Shown here in pieces: positions 9,952 through 18,828 of a DNA stretch of 64,000 nt. Below the pieces are notes generated by a model. It was not told where the DNA came from and ran no database searches. It saw only the letters and a list, made by a program, of their open reading frames with translations. The position numbers and the translations under genes are program-made. Each line of letters begins with the position of its first letter. Position 1 is the stretch's first letter. The stretch is from contig JBGAIQ010000027.1 in assembly GCA_044225365.1 (NCBI GenBank), forward strand, positions 1-64,000, given 5' to 3'. This stretch comes from Planctomycetota bacterium (GTDB lineage Bacteria; Planctomycetota; B15-G4; JADJEK01).

Positions 9952-10857
9952 ATGACCCAGTCGATCGTCCTCAGCGACGCGCCGCATCACAGCGGCGTCC
10001 TCGTCTTCAAGTACCGGTCCCTGCTCCATCTCGACAAGACGATCGCCGCGACAATGCAAGGCGCAGCATCCGTGGCGGAGCTCGATCCTCGGGCGAAGTG
10101 CGAACTCGGCATCGGGTTCGGTGCCAGTTTCTGGCGCACGATCGTGCCCGCCGCCGCTCCGCGGAACCTGCGGGAGTTCACGGCGATCGAGGGCAAGAAG
10201 CACAAGGCGCCCTCGACCCAGGGCGACATCGTCGTGATCGCGAACAGCGAGCGCGCCGACCTCGTTTTCGAATCGCTGCTTCGCGCGCGCCGCGCGTTCC
10301 ACGAGTGCGAGGTGATCGAAGAGGTCCACGGCTTTCGTTATCTCGACTCGCGCGACCTCAGCGGGTTCATCGATGGGACGGGGAATCCGTCGTTCGAGGA
10401 GCGGCCGGAAGTGACCTTGATCGACGAGTCGGACGTCGGATTCACGGGCGGCAGCTTTGCGTTCGCGCAGCGTTGGGTGCACGACCTCACCGCCGTCGCG
10501 AAGATGTCCGTTGCGGAGCGCGAGATGATGATGGGCCGCACGCTCGCGACGGGTGAAGAGCTCGCGGAAGACGTGATCCCGGACGACGCGCACATCAAGC
10601 GCGTGGAGATCGTCGAGAACGGCGAGGAACTCGCGATCCACCGCAAGAGCTTCCCCTACGGCACCACGGTGGAGCACGGCTTGATGTTCCTCGCCTTCAC
10701 GAAGGATCCCGCGATCATCGTGAAGATGCTCGAGCGGATGTACGGGATCACGGACGGCATGACCGATCGCATGCTCGCCTTCTCCCGCCCAGTGAGCGGA
10801 GGCTTCTACTTCATGCCGTCGAAGTCGGGTCTCTTGCGCCTCGGTCGAGCGGGCTGA
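9952..10857 (+). CDS. Dye-decolorizing (DyP) peroxidase
   Basis: RDLSGFIDGTGNP (GxxDG), QRWVHDL, AHIKR proximal His, IHRKSFPYG. Confidence 0.9.
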   Translation: MTQSIVLSDAPHHSGVLVFKYRSLLHLDKTIAATMQGAASVAELDPRAKCELGIGFGASFWRTIVPAAAPRNLREFTAIEGKKHKAPSTQGDIVVIANSERADLVFESLLRARRAFHECEVIEEVHGFRYLDSRDLSGFIDGTGNPSFEERPEVTLIDESDVGFTGGSFAFAQRWVHDLTAVAKMSVAEREMMMGRTLATGEELAEDVIPDDAHIKRVEIVENGEELAIHRKSFPYGTTVEHGLMFLAFTKDPAIIVKMLERMYGITDGMTDRMLAFSRPVSGGFYFMPSKSGLLRLGRAG

Positions 10858-10863
10858 TCGCGA

Positions 10864-11565
10864 TCACGACAGTTCGAGGATCGTGAATTGGCCGCGCCGC
10901 GAACGCTTCGCATTCGGAAGTGTCGCGAGCCAGGCGGTGACGACGGCGTCGTCCTCCGCGCGATGCGTGTCGTCGACGAGGATCACCGCGTTCTTCGCGA
11001 GGCGGTCGCGCAGGCACGGCAGGAGTCCGTGCCGTCCGCCACGCGTGTCGCCGGGAGGGCCGTCGCAGAGCACGAGATCGAACGTGCGCGACGGCTTCAG
11101 CTTCGGCATCGCGTACCAATCGAAGTCGCCGTACGAGACGAGAGCTCGACGCCGCAGCTTCACGTGGCGAAGGCCGAAGTGGCGGAGCACCTTCCGCATC
11201 TTGCCGTACCACATCGGGTGATGTTCGAGCGAGACGACGGGGAGGTCCTTGCGGTTCTTCGTCAGAGCTCCGAACAGGAGCGTCGAGAGGCCGCTGCCGC
11301 ATTCGAGGATGCCGTATTTCGCCGCGCGCGTGCGCGTCACGAGTTCATCGAGGAGATCGAGCGTCGCGGCCCAGCCCTCGTTCGAGAAGCCGTAGGCGAG
11401 ACGCGCGAGGAGATCGCGCGAGGGCGACTCCTCGCCGAGCGCCTCCAGTTCGCGGAGCGCTTTCGCGAGGACTCGATCGCGATGCCAACGGCGCAGGCGC
11501 ATCCGCCAGCTCCGCCATAGCGGTGCGTTCTCAGCGCTGGGATTCGAGGTTTCGACGTGGACCAT
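10864..11565 (-). CDS. Class I SAM-dependent methyltransferase
   Basis: ILECGSGLST, DLVLCDGPP, ILVDD. Confidence 0.8.
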   Translation of the reverse strand: MVHVETSNPSAENAPLWRSWRMRLRRWHRDRVLAKALRELEALGEESPSRDLLARLAYGFSNEGWAATLDLLDELVTRTRAAKYGILECGSGLSTLLFGALTKNRKDLPVVSLEHHPMWYGKMRKVLRHFGLRHVKLRRRALVSYGDFDWYAMPKLKPSRTFDLVLCDGPPGDTRGGRHGLLPCLRDRLAKNAVILVDDTHRAEDDAVVTAWLATLPNAKRSRRGQFTILELS

Positions 11566-11633
11566 GGGACTCTTGGGAAGGGTTGTCCTTCATCGAACGG
11601 CGCGCGCTCTCGCTTGAACTCGCGCGTCGAGAT

Positions 11634-12059
11634 TCAAGCGTGATGATAGGGCTCGCCGCGCAGGATCGTTGCAGCGCGATAGATCTGCTCGAGCGCGACG
11701 AGGTGCGCGAGCATGTGGTTCAACGTCATCGGTCCGAGCGACAACTTCTGGTCGGCCTGCGCGAGCGTCGCGGGAGAATGACCGTAGCCGCTGCCGATCG
11801 CGATCTGGATCGCACCGTGCGTCATGCTCCACTTCTCGAGCGACCTCGCGAACTCCTCGCTCGACAGCATCTTTCCGCGTTCGTCGAACGCGATCCTGAA
11901 GGCGCGAGCCGCCGGGAAGATGGAAGCCTCGTCCGTTTCGCCGCCCCGCTCGGTGACGGCGAGTTCGCCGTAGCGGCGGAAGCGCTTGACGTACTCGTCG
12001 CGATACGCCTTGACCAGCGCGTCCTTGATCCGCCCGCGCTGAAGTACCGTGATGCGCAT
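11634..12059 (-). CDS. rlmH: 23S rRNA (pseudouridine1915-N3)-methyltransferase
   Basis: SPOUT motifs DERGK..SSEEFA, IGSGYG, LSLGPMTLNH, EQIYRA..ILRGEPYH. Confidence 0.9.
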   Translation of the reverse strand: MRITVLQRGRIKDALVKAYRDEYVKRFRRYGELAVTERGGETDEASIFPAARAFRIAFDERGKMLSSEEFARSLEKWSMTHGAIQIAIGSGYGHSPATLAQADQKLSLGPMTLNHMLAHLVALEQIYRAATILRGEPYHHA

Positions 12060-12204
12060 ACGTTCGAATGATACGCGAGGCGTTCTTCGCGACGGTCTGC
12101 GCCGTGAACCGAAAAATTGCAGGCAGGCAGTTCCGGGCGGGATAGTCTTGCCCAAGCGACGCGCGAACCCGTTCGACGTGGTCGCTCCACTGGAGTGAAC
12201 AACC

Positions 12205-12495
12205 ATGAGTTCGCACCGCGTCGATCACCTGCTCGAGGAGTTGGCCTCCCGCTACGACCTCCAGGATCGCTTCTTGGTTCAGGTGCGGCCCATGGTCGCG
12301 CAGATCCTCTCCGAGAACATCCCCGACGAACGACGGACCTTCCTTCTCGAAGTCCTCGCTCAGACCTGCCAGAACGACCTGCTCATAAGGAAGCGCTTCG
12401 CTGCGCTCGAAGGCGCTCTCGGAGATCTCATTCGGGCGCTGTCGGAGATGGGGGAGCGCATGCGCCGGCTCGGCACGGCGCCGGAATCGGGATGA
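12205..12495 (+). CDS. Small helical/coiled-coil hypothetical protein
   Basis: GGAG RBS, typical codon use, 96 aa. Confidence 0.6.
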   Translation: MSSHRVDHLLEELASRYDLQDRFLVQVRPMVAQILSENIPDERRTFLLEVLAQTCQNDLLIRKRFAALEGALGDLIRALSEMGERMRRLGTAPESG

Positions 12496-12500
12496 TATTT

Positions 12501-12715
12501 GGAGCGCCGGGCTCTGCCCGGCAATGGGGAAGCTGATGACGAAGAGAAGAGCCAGGCTGGAGCCTGGCGGTCCGGCCATGGCTGGCGGTCCGGCCATGCC
12601 TGGCGGTCCGGGGAAGAAGAAGATGCCAGGCTGGAGCCTGGCGGTCCGGGCATGCCTGGCGGTCCGGGCATGCCTGGCGGTCCGGCGATCTTGGACCGCC
12701 GGGCTCTAGCCCGGC
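12501..12715. repeat. REP-like palindrome cluster with 18-bp tandem sub-repeats
   Basis: GGAGCGCCGGGCTCTGCCCGGC at 12501; GCCAGGCTGGAGCCTGGCGGTCC twice; GG(C/G)CATG(C/G)CTGGCGGTCC 18-mers; GGACCGCCGGGCTCTAGCCCGGC at 12693. Confidence 0.85.
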
Positions 12716-12828
12716 TCCTCGGTTTCATCGCCCATCCGATTCGCTTCGCCTTCCTGTTCCTCATCGCCCCCGGATACATTCGCGCCGACTCGAGCAACGT
12801 GGCATCGCTCACCGGAGGGCGCACGCGC

Positions 12829-13140
12829 ATGGACATTCGCGAATTCCAGAAGCAGATCGAGACGATCTACTTCGAGAAGGACAACGCCCGCGGGCTCGCG
12901 GGCACCTTCATGTGGTTCTCCGAGGAAGTGGGCGAGCTCTCGCGCGCTCTGCGCCGCAAGGACGACAAGGAATTGCGCGCCGAATTCGCCGACGTCCTGG
13001 CGTGGCTCTCGACGCTGGCGTCGATCGCCGGGATCGATCTCGAAGCGGCCGCCTACGAGAAGTACGGGAAGGGCTGTCCACGTTGCCGAAAGACCCCGTG
13101 CGGGTGCGCGGAGCCCAAGAGGCCGTGCGAATCGGTCTGA
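12829..13140 (+). CDS. MazG-like nucleotide pyrophosphohydrolase
   Basis: WFSEEVGELS...EFADVLAWL; C-terminal CPRC..PCGC; GGAGG RBS. Confidence 0.85.
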   Translation: MDIREFQKQIETIYFEKDNARGLAGTFMWFSEEVGELSRALRRKDDKELRAEFADVLAWLSTLASIAGIDLEAAAYEKYGKGCPRCRKTPCGCAEPKRPCESV

Positions 13141-13480
13141 CCGCCGACAGCACATCCCTGCCGTTTCGCGTGCGCGGGGTTCACCTCGGCTCGTAACCCA
13201 GTTCCCACCCGCCCGATTTCGGGGTATCCTAGCGGGGTTCAGGACCCAGATTGCGGGCCCGCCTCGACCGACCGAATCGTTTCATCGATCCTCTCACCTC
13301 CCCGGCGCTTCGCGAAAGCGGCGGCGCGGCGCGGGGGAGATGCGCGCCCGGTCCGCCGGACAGCCGGTCAGGTCGACGACCCCGATGTCTCGATGACCGC
13401 CCATGCACAGGACGTGCTGCACACCGATCCCACCGCTCGGTGCGATTCTCGTCCGCCTCCTCCCGAACGGTGCTTCACCC

Positions 13481-16207
13481 GTGACGCGACTTCGAACGTT
13501 CGCCTACGCCGCAAGCGTCTTCGTCGGCATCCTCGCGAGTCTCGAGGCGACCCCGCCCCTTTCCACCAATCCACCCCCGGGCCCTCCAGCCGCCGTGGGC
13601 TCGACGACGAGCGGTCGCATCCCGACGCCCCTCGTCTCCGCGCAGAGCGACGCCGGTAATGGCGAAGTCTGCGAGGGCGCGACGGTCACCTTCTCTGGCG
13701 CGGTGAGCGGTGCGTTCGGCAATCCGCAGTATCAGTGGTTCCATGACGGCGTGAAGATCCCCGGTGCAACGAGCATGCAATTCGTGCTCGTCGCAGGCCC
13801 GAGCTCGGGCGGTGACTACACTTTCGGAGTGAAGGCCGGCGTCGGCACGAAGCCGACGGCGTACACCCAGTCGGCCGCGGTTCATCTCAGCGTCATCGTT
13901 CTTCCCGCGCAGGTTTCCGTCGCCGCGTCGAATTCGACGCCGAGCACGTGTCTCGGGGTGCAGTTCACGCTCGTGGCGAACATTGCGGTCGGCACGCCGC
14001 CCTTCGATTACCAGTGGCTGAAGAACGGCACGCCGATCGTCGGGGAGACGAACTCGACGATCACGCTGCCCTCGCTCGTGCAAGGCGTCGATGACGGGCT
14101 CTACGACGTCGAAGTTCGAAACGCGTGCAATCAGGCCCCGTCGTTGCCGGTGCTCGCGGCCTTGCCCTACAGCCTCGTCGTCGCCGATCCGCCGCTCAAT
14201 CTCGCGGTGCAGTCGATTCCGGCGAATGGCATCGCGTGCGTCGGAGACACGCTTCACTTCACGTCGTCCGTCGCGGGCACTGCGCCGTTTACGTATCAGT
14301 GGCGCAAGGATGGCGTCGCCATCCAGGGTGCGACGGGTTCGACCTTCGATTTCGCAACGACCTCGGTGAACGATTCGGGCGCGTACGACGTCGTCGTGAC
14401 GAACGGGTGCAACTTCGCGCAGAGCACGCCGATTGCGATCTCGGTCCTCGCGCCGCCCGATATCACGGCGGATCCGGTGACGACCGCGGCGTGCGTGAGC
14501 GGTCTCGGCAGCGCGACGTTCACCGTGGCAGCGAGTGGCAGCGCGCCGTTCACGTATCAATGGCGCAAGGACGGGAACGTCCTGCCCGCCGCAACGAACT
14601 CGAGTCTCACGATCTCGCCGGTCACATCCAATGACGGCGGACTCTACGACTGCGTCGTCTCGAACGCATGCGGCACGGTCACGTCGAACGCGGCGTCGCT
14701 CGCGCTCATCGACTTCCTGCCGGCCGTCCACTACGCGGTCGGGAATGCGCCGAACGACGTCATCGCCGCCGATCTGTCGATCCCTCCCGACGGGCTGCTC
14801 GACCTCGCGACCGCGGACTCGGGCTCCGCGCGCGTGACGATCCGCCGCAACAACGGAGCGGGATCGTTCAACGCGGTGCAGAACGTTTCGCTCTTCAATG
14901 GCGACGTGCCGGCCGCGCTCGCCGCGGGCAACTTCATCGCGGGCGGGCCGACCGACCTCTTCGTCGTGTGCTCCACGCCCGGGCTCATCCGAGTGCTTAA
15001 CGGCGCGACGAACTTCACGCAGAACAAGATCCTGCTGATGCCCAACAACTCGACGAACCCGATCGGGATCGCCGCGGGCAACTTCAATGGGAACGCGATC
15101 ACCGACGTCGTCGTCGCCGTCAGTGGCGATCTCCTCCTCGGGGGCGGATCGGTCGCCGTGAGTCTCGACACCAATCCACTCGTCGCATTGCCCGCGCCGC
15201 AGGGCGGCTTCCAGCGCGTCTTCGCGGTGGCGTGCGGTGACCTCGATCACGACGGCGACGTCGACGTCGTCGCGACCGTGGCGCCGTCGGGCTTCGCGCC
15301 GTCGACGACGGACAATGTGCTGCTGTATGCCAATGCCGGGAACGGCTCGTTCACCTTCGCAGGATCGCTCTCGGTCGACGCGAATCCGCGCGCGGTCCGC
15401 ATCGGCGACGTCAACGGCGACGGTCACAACGAGATCGTGGTGACGATGGAGTCCGGCGTCTTCGCGGCGCCCGGCGGAGTGATCCTCTTCCAGCGCGATT
15501 CGAATCCGGGTCTGTCGCCCTCCAACTACACGCTCGTCGGTCCGTTCACCGCGGGTCAGGTTCCGCACGCGCTCGCGCTCGGCGACCTCGGTGCCGATTC
15601 GCCGATCGGCGGGCCCGTGAAGCAGGATGTCGTCTCGGTCAATTTCGCTTCGAGCGACCTTGGCGTGTTCGCGCAGTTCGGCGCGAGTTCGTTCGTCGGC
15701 GGCACCGCGACGTACGTGGCGCAGGTGAATCCTTCGGTCGCCGCGATCGGTGACTTCGATTCCGATGGTATGCCGGACATCGCGGTGGCGAACCGTTCAT
15801 CGAACACCGTTTCCGTGCTGCGATCGGTGAGCAATGCGAAGTCGCTCGCGTCGAGCCTTCCTTGCGAAGGCGCGCCGTTGCTCGGCGTCGCGTTCGATGG
15901 TGCGCAGCGAGAATTGCTCCGCGTGCGCGCGGTCGCGCCTTCGCCCTCGCGCGCATGGATCGGCATCGGAACCGAATTCGCCGGCCGCGACGCCGTCGGC
16001 GCGGCGGGATGCCCGCTGCTGCTCTCAGGTCTCGTGAGCATCGCACCGGTCGCGCTGGCTCGCGACGGTTCGTTCGAACTCTCCGCCGTCCTCCCCGCGA
16101 ACACGCTGTTCGAGGGTCGCGACTTCTACGTCCAGGCCTTCGTCCACGACGAGGCGACGAATCTCTTCGCAGGCAGCAACGCACTCAGAATCGACATCGG
16201 GCGGTGA
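13481..16207 (+). CDS. Secreted Ig-like + FG-GAP repeat protein
   Basis: Four YQW...G.Y..V Ig repeats, GDLDHDGDVD/GDVNGDG/GDFDSDG FG-GAP loops; start uncertain (13403 or GTG 13481). Confidence 0.85.
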   Translation: MTRLRTFAYAASVFVGILASLEATPPLSTNPPPGPPAAVGSTTSGRIPTPLVSAQSDAGNGEVCEGATVTFSGAVSGAFGNPQYQWFHDGVKIPGATSMQFVLVAGPSSGGDYTFGVKAGVGTKPTAYTQSAAVHLSVIVLPAQVSVAASNSTPSTCLGVQFTLVANIAVGTPPFDYQWLKNGTPIVGETNSTITLPSLVQGVDDGLYDVEVRNACNQAPSLPVLAALPYSLVVADPPLNLAVQSIPANGIACVGDTLHFTSSVAGTAPFTYQWRKDGVAIQGATGSTFDFATTSVNDSGAYDVVVTNGCNFAQSTPIAISVLAPPDITADPVTTAACVSGLGSATFTVAASGSAPFTYQWRKDGNVLPAATNSSLTISPVTSNDGGLYDCVVSNACGTVTSNAASLALIDFLPAVHYAVGNAPNDVIAADLSIPPDGLLDLATADSGSARVTIRRNNGAGSFNAVQNVSLFNGDVPAALAAGNFIAGGPTDLFVVCSTPGLIRVLNGATNFTQNKILLMPNNSTNPIGIAAGNFNGNAITDVVVAVSGDLLLGGGSVAVSLDTNPLVALPAPQGGFQRVFAVACGDLDHDGDVDVVATVAPSGFAPSTTDNVLLYANAGNGSFTFAGSLSVDANPRAVRIGDVNGDGHNEIVVTMESGVFAAPGGVILFQRDSNPGLSPSNYTLVGPFTAGQVPHALALGDLGADSPIGGPVKQDVVSVNFASSDLGVFAQFGASSFVGGTATYVAQVNPSVAAIGDFDSDGMPDIAVANRSSNTVSVLRSVSNAKSLASSLPCEGAPLLGVAFDGAQRELLRVRAVAPSPSRAWIGIGTEFAGRDAVGAAGCPLLLSGLVSIAPVALARDGSFELSAVLPANTLFEGRDFYVQAFVHDEATNLFAGSNALRIDIGR

Positions 16208-16245
16208 ACCGCAATCCCTGCGGAATCACTGGAGGCCTTCGGCAC

Positions 16246-18816
16246 ATGCGCATTCCCACGTTCGCTCTCGCCCTCGCGGGCACGCTCCTCGTCGCTGCGA
16301 CGGCGTACTCGCAGGTTCGAATCATCCCGATCGGCGATTCGATCACCGACGGCAATCAGACGGCGCATACGACCTATCGCTGCAATCTGTGGTCGATGCT
16401 CGAGGCGCAGAACTACAACGTCGACTTCGTCGGCAGTCAAAACGGCGCCTCCGGTCAGCCGGCGGTGTGCAACCTCTCGGTGAATTTCGACGCCGACCAC
16501 GAAGGCCATTCGGGTTGGAAGATCGAGCAGGTGCTCGCCTGGATCTCCGATCCGCAGCACCAAGTGAGCCCGCCCCCGGACGTCGCGCTCATCCACATGG
16601 GCGTCACGAACCTGCTGCAGGATCTCTTCAACGCGATCACGCAGGTCACGGGACAGCCCCCGACGCAGGAGCAGGTCAACGCCGCGATCGGTAATGCGCT
16701 GACGAATCTATCCGCGATGATCGATCAATTGCGTACGCAGAATCCGAACATCACGATCTGCATCGCGCAGATCATCCCGGCGGACGTGTTCTTCGCGGGC
16801 TTCATGATCCCGTTCTCCGCGGTCGAGGTCTACAACGAGCAGATTCCCGTTCTCGCCGCGGCGAAGGACACGGACGCGTCGCGCGTCTTCGTCGTCGATC
16901 AGCACACGGGATACGACCCGGTGTTCGATTCCGTCGACGGCATCCATCCGAATCCCTCGGGCGAGCAGAAGCTCGCGAACGGCTGGTTCCCGCGCCTCAA
17001 GTTCATCCTCGATTCACTGCCCTGTTCCCAGGCGGCCTCGGCGTCCGTTTCGAGCAACATCGCTCCGAGCAATGTCCTGCCCGGCGACACGGTCACGCTG
17101 ACGGCGAGCGTCTCCGGCGGCACGACGCCCAATCTCTATCAATGGCGCCGCAACGGCGCGCCGATCGCGGGCGCGACGAATCCGACGTATACGATCCCGT
17201 CGATCACGATCCTGCAGGAGGGCGTATACGACTGCATCGCGGGCAACCTCTGTACGACGCTCACGAGCAACGGCGTCGCGCTGTTGCCCGGCGAGTTCGC
17301 CGCGCCGAGTCCTTACGCCGCGGGCAGCGGCCCTTCGGACCTCCTCGCTCTCGATCTCGGAGCGAATCCTGACGGGGCAATCGATCTCGTGTCGAGCAAT
17401 TCGGCGAGCGATGATCTGACGATCCGCTGGAACGATGGCAGCGGCCACTTCGCGACGACGACCACGATTCCGCTCGTGCCGGGCGATCAGCCCACGGCAC
17501 TCGCGGCCGCGAACTTCCAATCCGGGAATGGCGCGGAGATCGCCGTCGCGTGCGCGGGGAGCGACCTGGTTCGCGTGCTCGCCGACAACGGCGGCTACGC
17601 GGAGATCGTTTCGATCGCCGCGCCCGGCAGCTCATCGAATCCCGTCAGCCTCGCGTCGGGCGATCTCGACGGGGACGGCATCGCCGACTTGGTCATCGGC
17701 TACGCGGGTCAGCTCTTCTCGGGCGGCGGCAATCTTGCGATCGCGCTCGATCCCAACGTCCCTGGAACGGCGATTTCGCTGCCGCAGCCCGTGGGTGGGT
17801 TCCTCAGCGTGAAGGGCGTCGTCGTTGCGGACCTCGACGCGGATGGCGACCTCGACATCGCCGCCACGATGGCAGGCACGATGCTCTCGGCGTCGCAGAG
17901 CGACAACGTGCTGCTCTACGAGAACACGGGCGGCGGCGCGTTCCAGTTGAACGGCGCGCTCTCTGCGGATCGCAATCCCGGAGCGATCTGCGCGGGCGAT
18001 CTCGATGGCGACGGCCGCAAGGACCTCGCGGTCACCGTCGAGTCGGCGCCGTTCGGCGCGCCCGGCGGCGTGATCGTGTTCCGCCACGACTTGGCCGCGA
18101 GTCTCGCGCCAGTGGCGTTCACGCCGAGTGCGACCTTCAACTCCGGATCGCTCCCGATCGACATCGCTTGCGCCGATCTGCGCGACGACTCCATTCCCGG
18201 ATTCCAGTCGCGTGTCGATGTCGTCACGGCGAACTTCGCATCGGCGAATGTCGGTGTCCTGTATGGCTTCGACGGCGTGAACTTCGCTTCGACCGGCTCC
18301 TGCGCAGGCGGTCTCAATCCGCGCGCGATCGCGATCGCCGACTTCAACAACGATCGCACCGCCGACGTCGTGATCGCGAACGCGACTTCCAACGATCTCA
18401 CGGTCTCGCTCGCACTGCCGCGCGCGCTCGCGCAGAAGTTCGGCGCGGGTTGTTCGGGAACGGCGGGAACGCCTGCGATCCAGAGCGTCTCGACGCCGAG
18501 CTACGGCAGCACGACGTTCAGCGTCAATCTCACGAACGCGCGGCCATTCGCGCCGACGCTGCTCGGCGTGTCGCTGCAGTACACGAACATCGATCTCGGC
18601 GGCTGCACGCTGCTGATCTCGATGCCGTTCGTGCTCATCCCGATGTACGCGAGCGGCACGGGCACGGCGCAGTTCCCGGTCGGGATCCCGAACGAGGTCA
18701 CTCCGTTCCAGGGTCTCAACGCGTACTTCCAGTACTTCGTCTACGACCCCGCGGGCGGCTACCAATCGCAGATCGCGTTCAGCGACGGACTGCGCATCAA
18801 GTTCGGGAACCCGTGA
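16246..18816 (+). CDS. Secreted SGNH esterase + Ig + FG-GAP repeat protein
   Basis: Signal peptide; GDSITDG, HEGHSGW, DGIHPN; FG-GAP loops; GGAGG RBS at 16231. Confidence 0.85.
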   Translation: MRIPTFALALAGTLLVAATAYSQVRIIPIGDSITDGNQTAHTTYRCNLWSMLEAQNYNVDFVGSQNGASGQPAVCNLSVNFDADHEGHSGWKIEQVLAWISDPQHQVSPPPDVALIHMGVTNLLQDLFNAITQVTGQPPTQEQVNAAIGNALTNLSAMIDQLRTQNPNITICIAQIIPADVFFAGFMIPFSAVEVYNEQIPVLAAAKDTDASRVFVVDQHTGYDPVFDSVDGIHPNPSGEQKLANGWFPRLKFILDSLPCSQAASASVSSNIAPSNVLPGDTVTLTASVSGGTTPNLYQWRRNGAPIAGATNPTYTIPSITILQEGVYDCIAGNLCTTLTSNGVALLPGEFAAPSPYAAGSGPSDLLALDLGANPDGAIDLVSSNSASDDLTIRWNDGSGHFATTTTIPLVPGDQPTALAAANFQSGNGAEIAVACAGSDLVRVLADNGGYAEIVSIAAPGSSSNPVSLASGDLDGDGIADLVIGYAGQLFSGGGNLAIALDPNVPGTAISLPQPVGGFLSVKGVVVADLDADGDLDIAATMAGTMLSASQSDNVLLYENTGGGAFQLNGALSADRNPGAICAGDLDGDGRKDLAVTVESAPFGAPGGVIVFRHDLAASLAPVAFTPSATFNSGSLPIDIACADLRDDSIPGFQSRVDVVTANFASANVGVLYGFDGVNFASTGSCAGGLNPRAIAIADFNNDRTADVVIANATSNDLTVSLALPRALAQKFGAGCSGTAGTPAIQSVSTPSYGSTTFSVNLTNARPFAPTLLGVSLQYTNIDLGGCTLLISMPFVLIPMYASGTGTAQFPVGIPNEVTPFQGLNAYFQYFVYDPAGGYQSQIAFSDGLRIKFGNP

Positions 18817-18828
18817 ACTGCTGAACGA

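Noticed and set aside
10810-10857. Encapsulin targeting peptide on DyP
   Set aside because: C-terminus GLLRLGRAG follows the domain with no linker, does not match LxIGSL, and no encapsulin gene is nearby
13200-13340. c-di-GMP-I riboswitch before the adhesin-like genes (TAGCGGGGTT)
   Set aside because: No upstream GGCAAA/GAAA tetraloop/GACGCAAA elements in the right order
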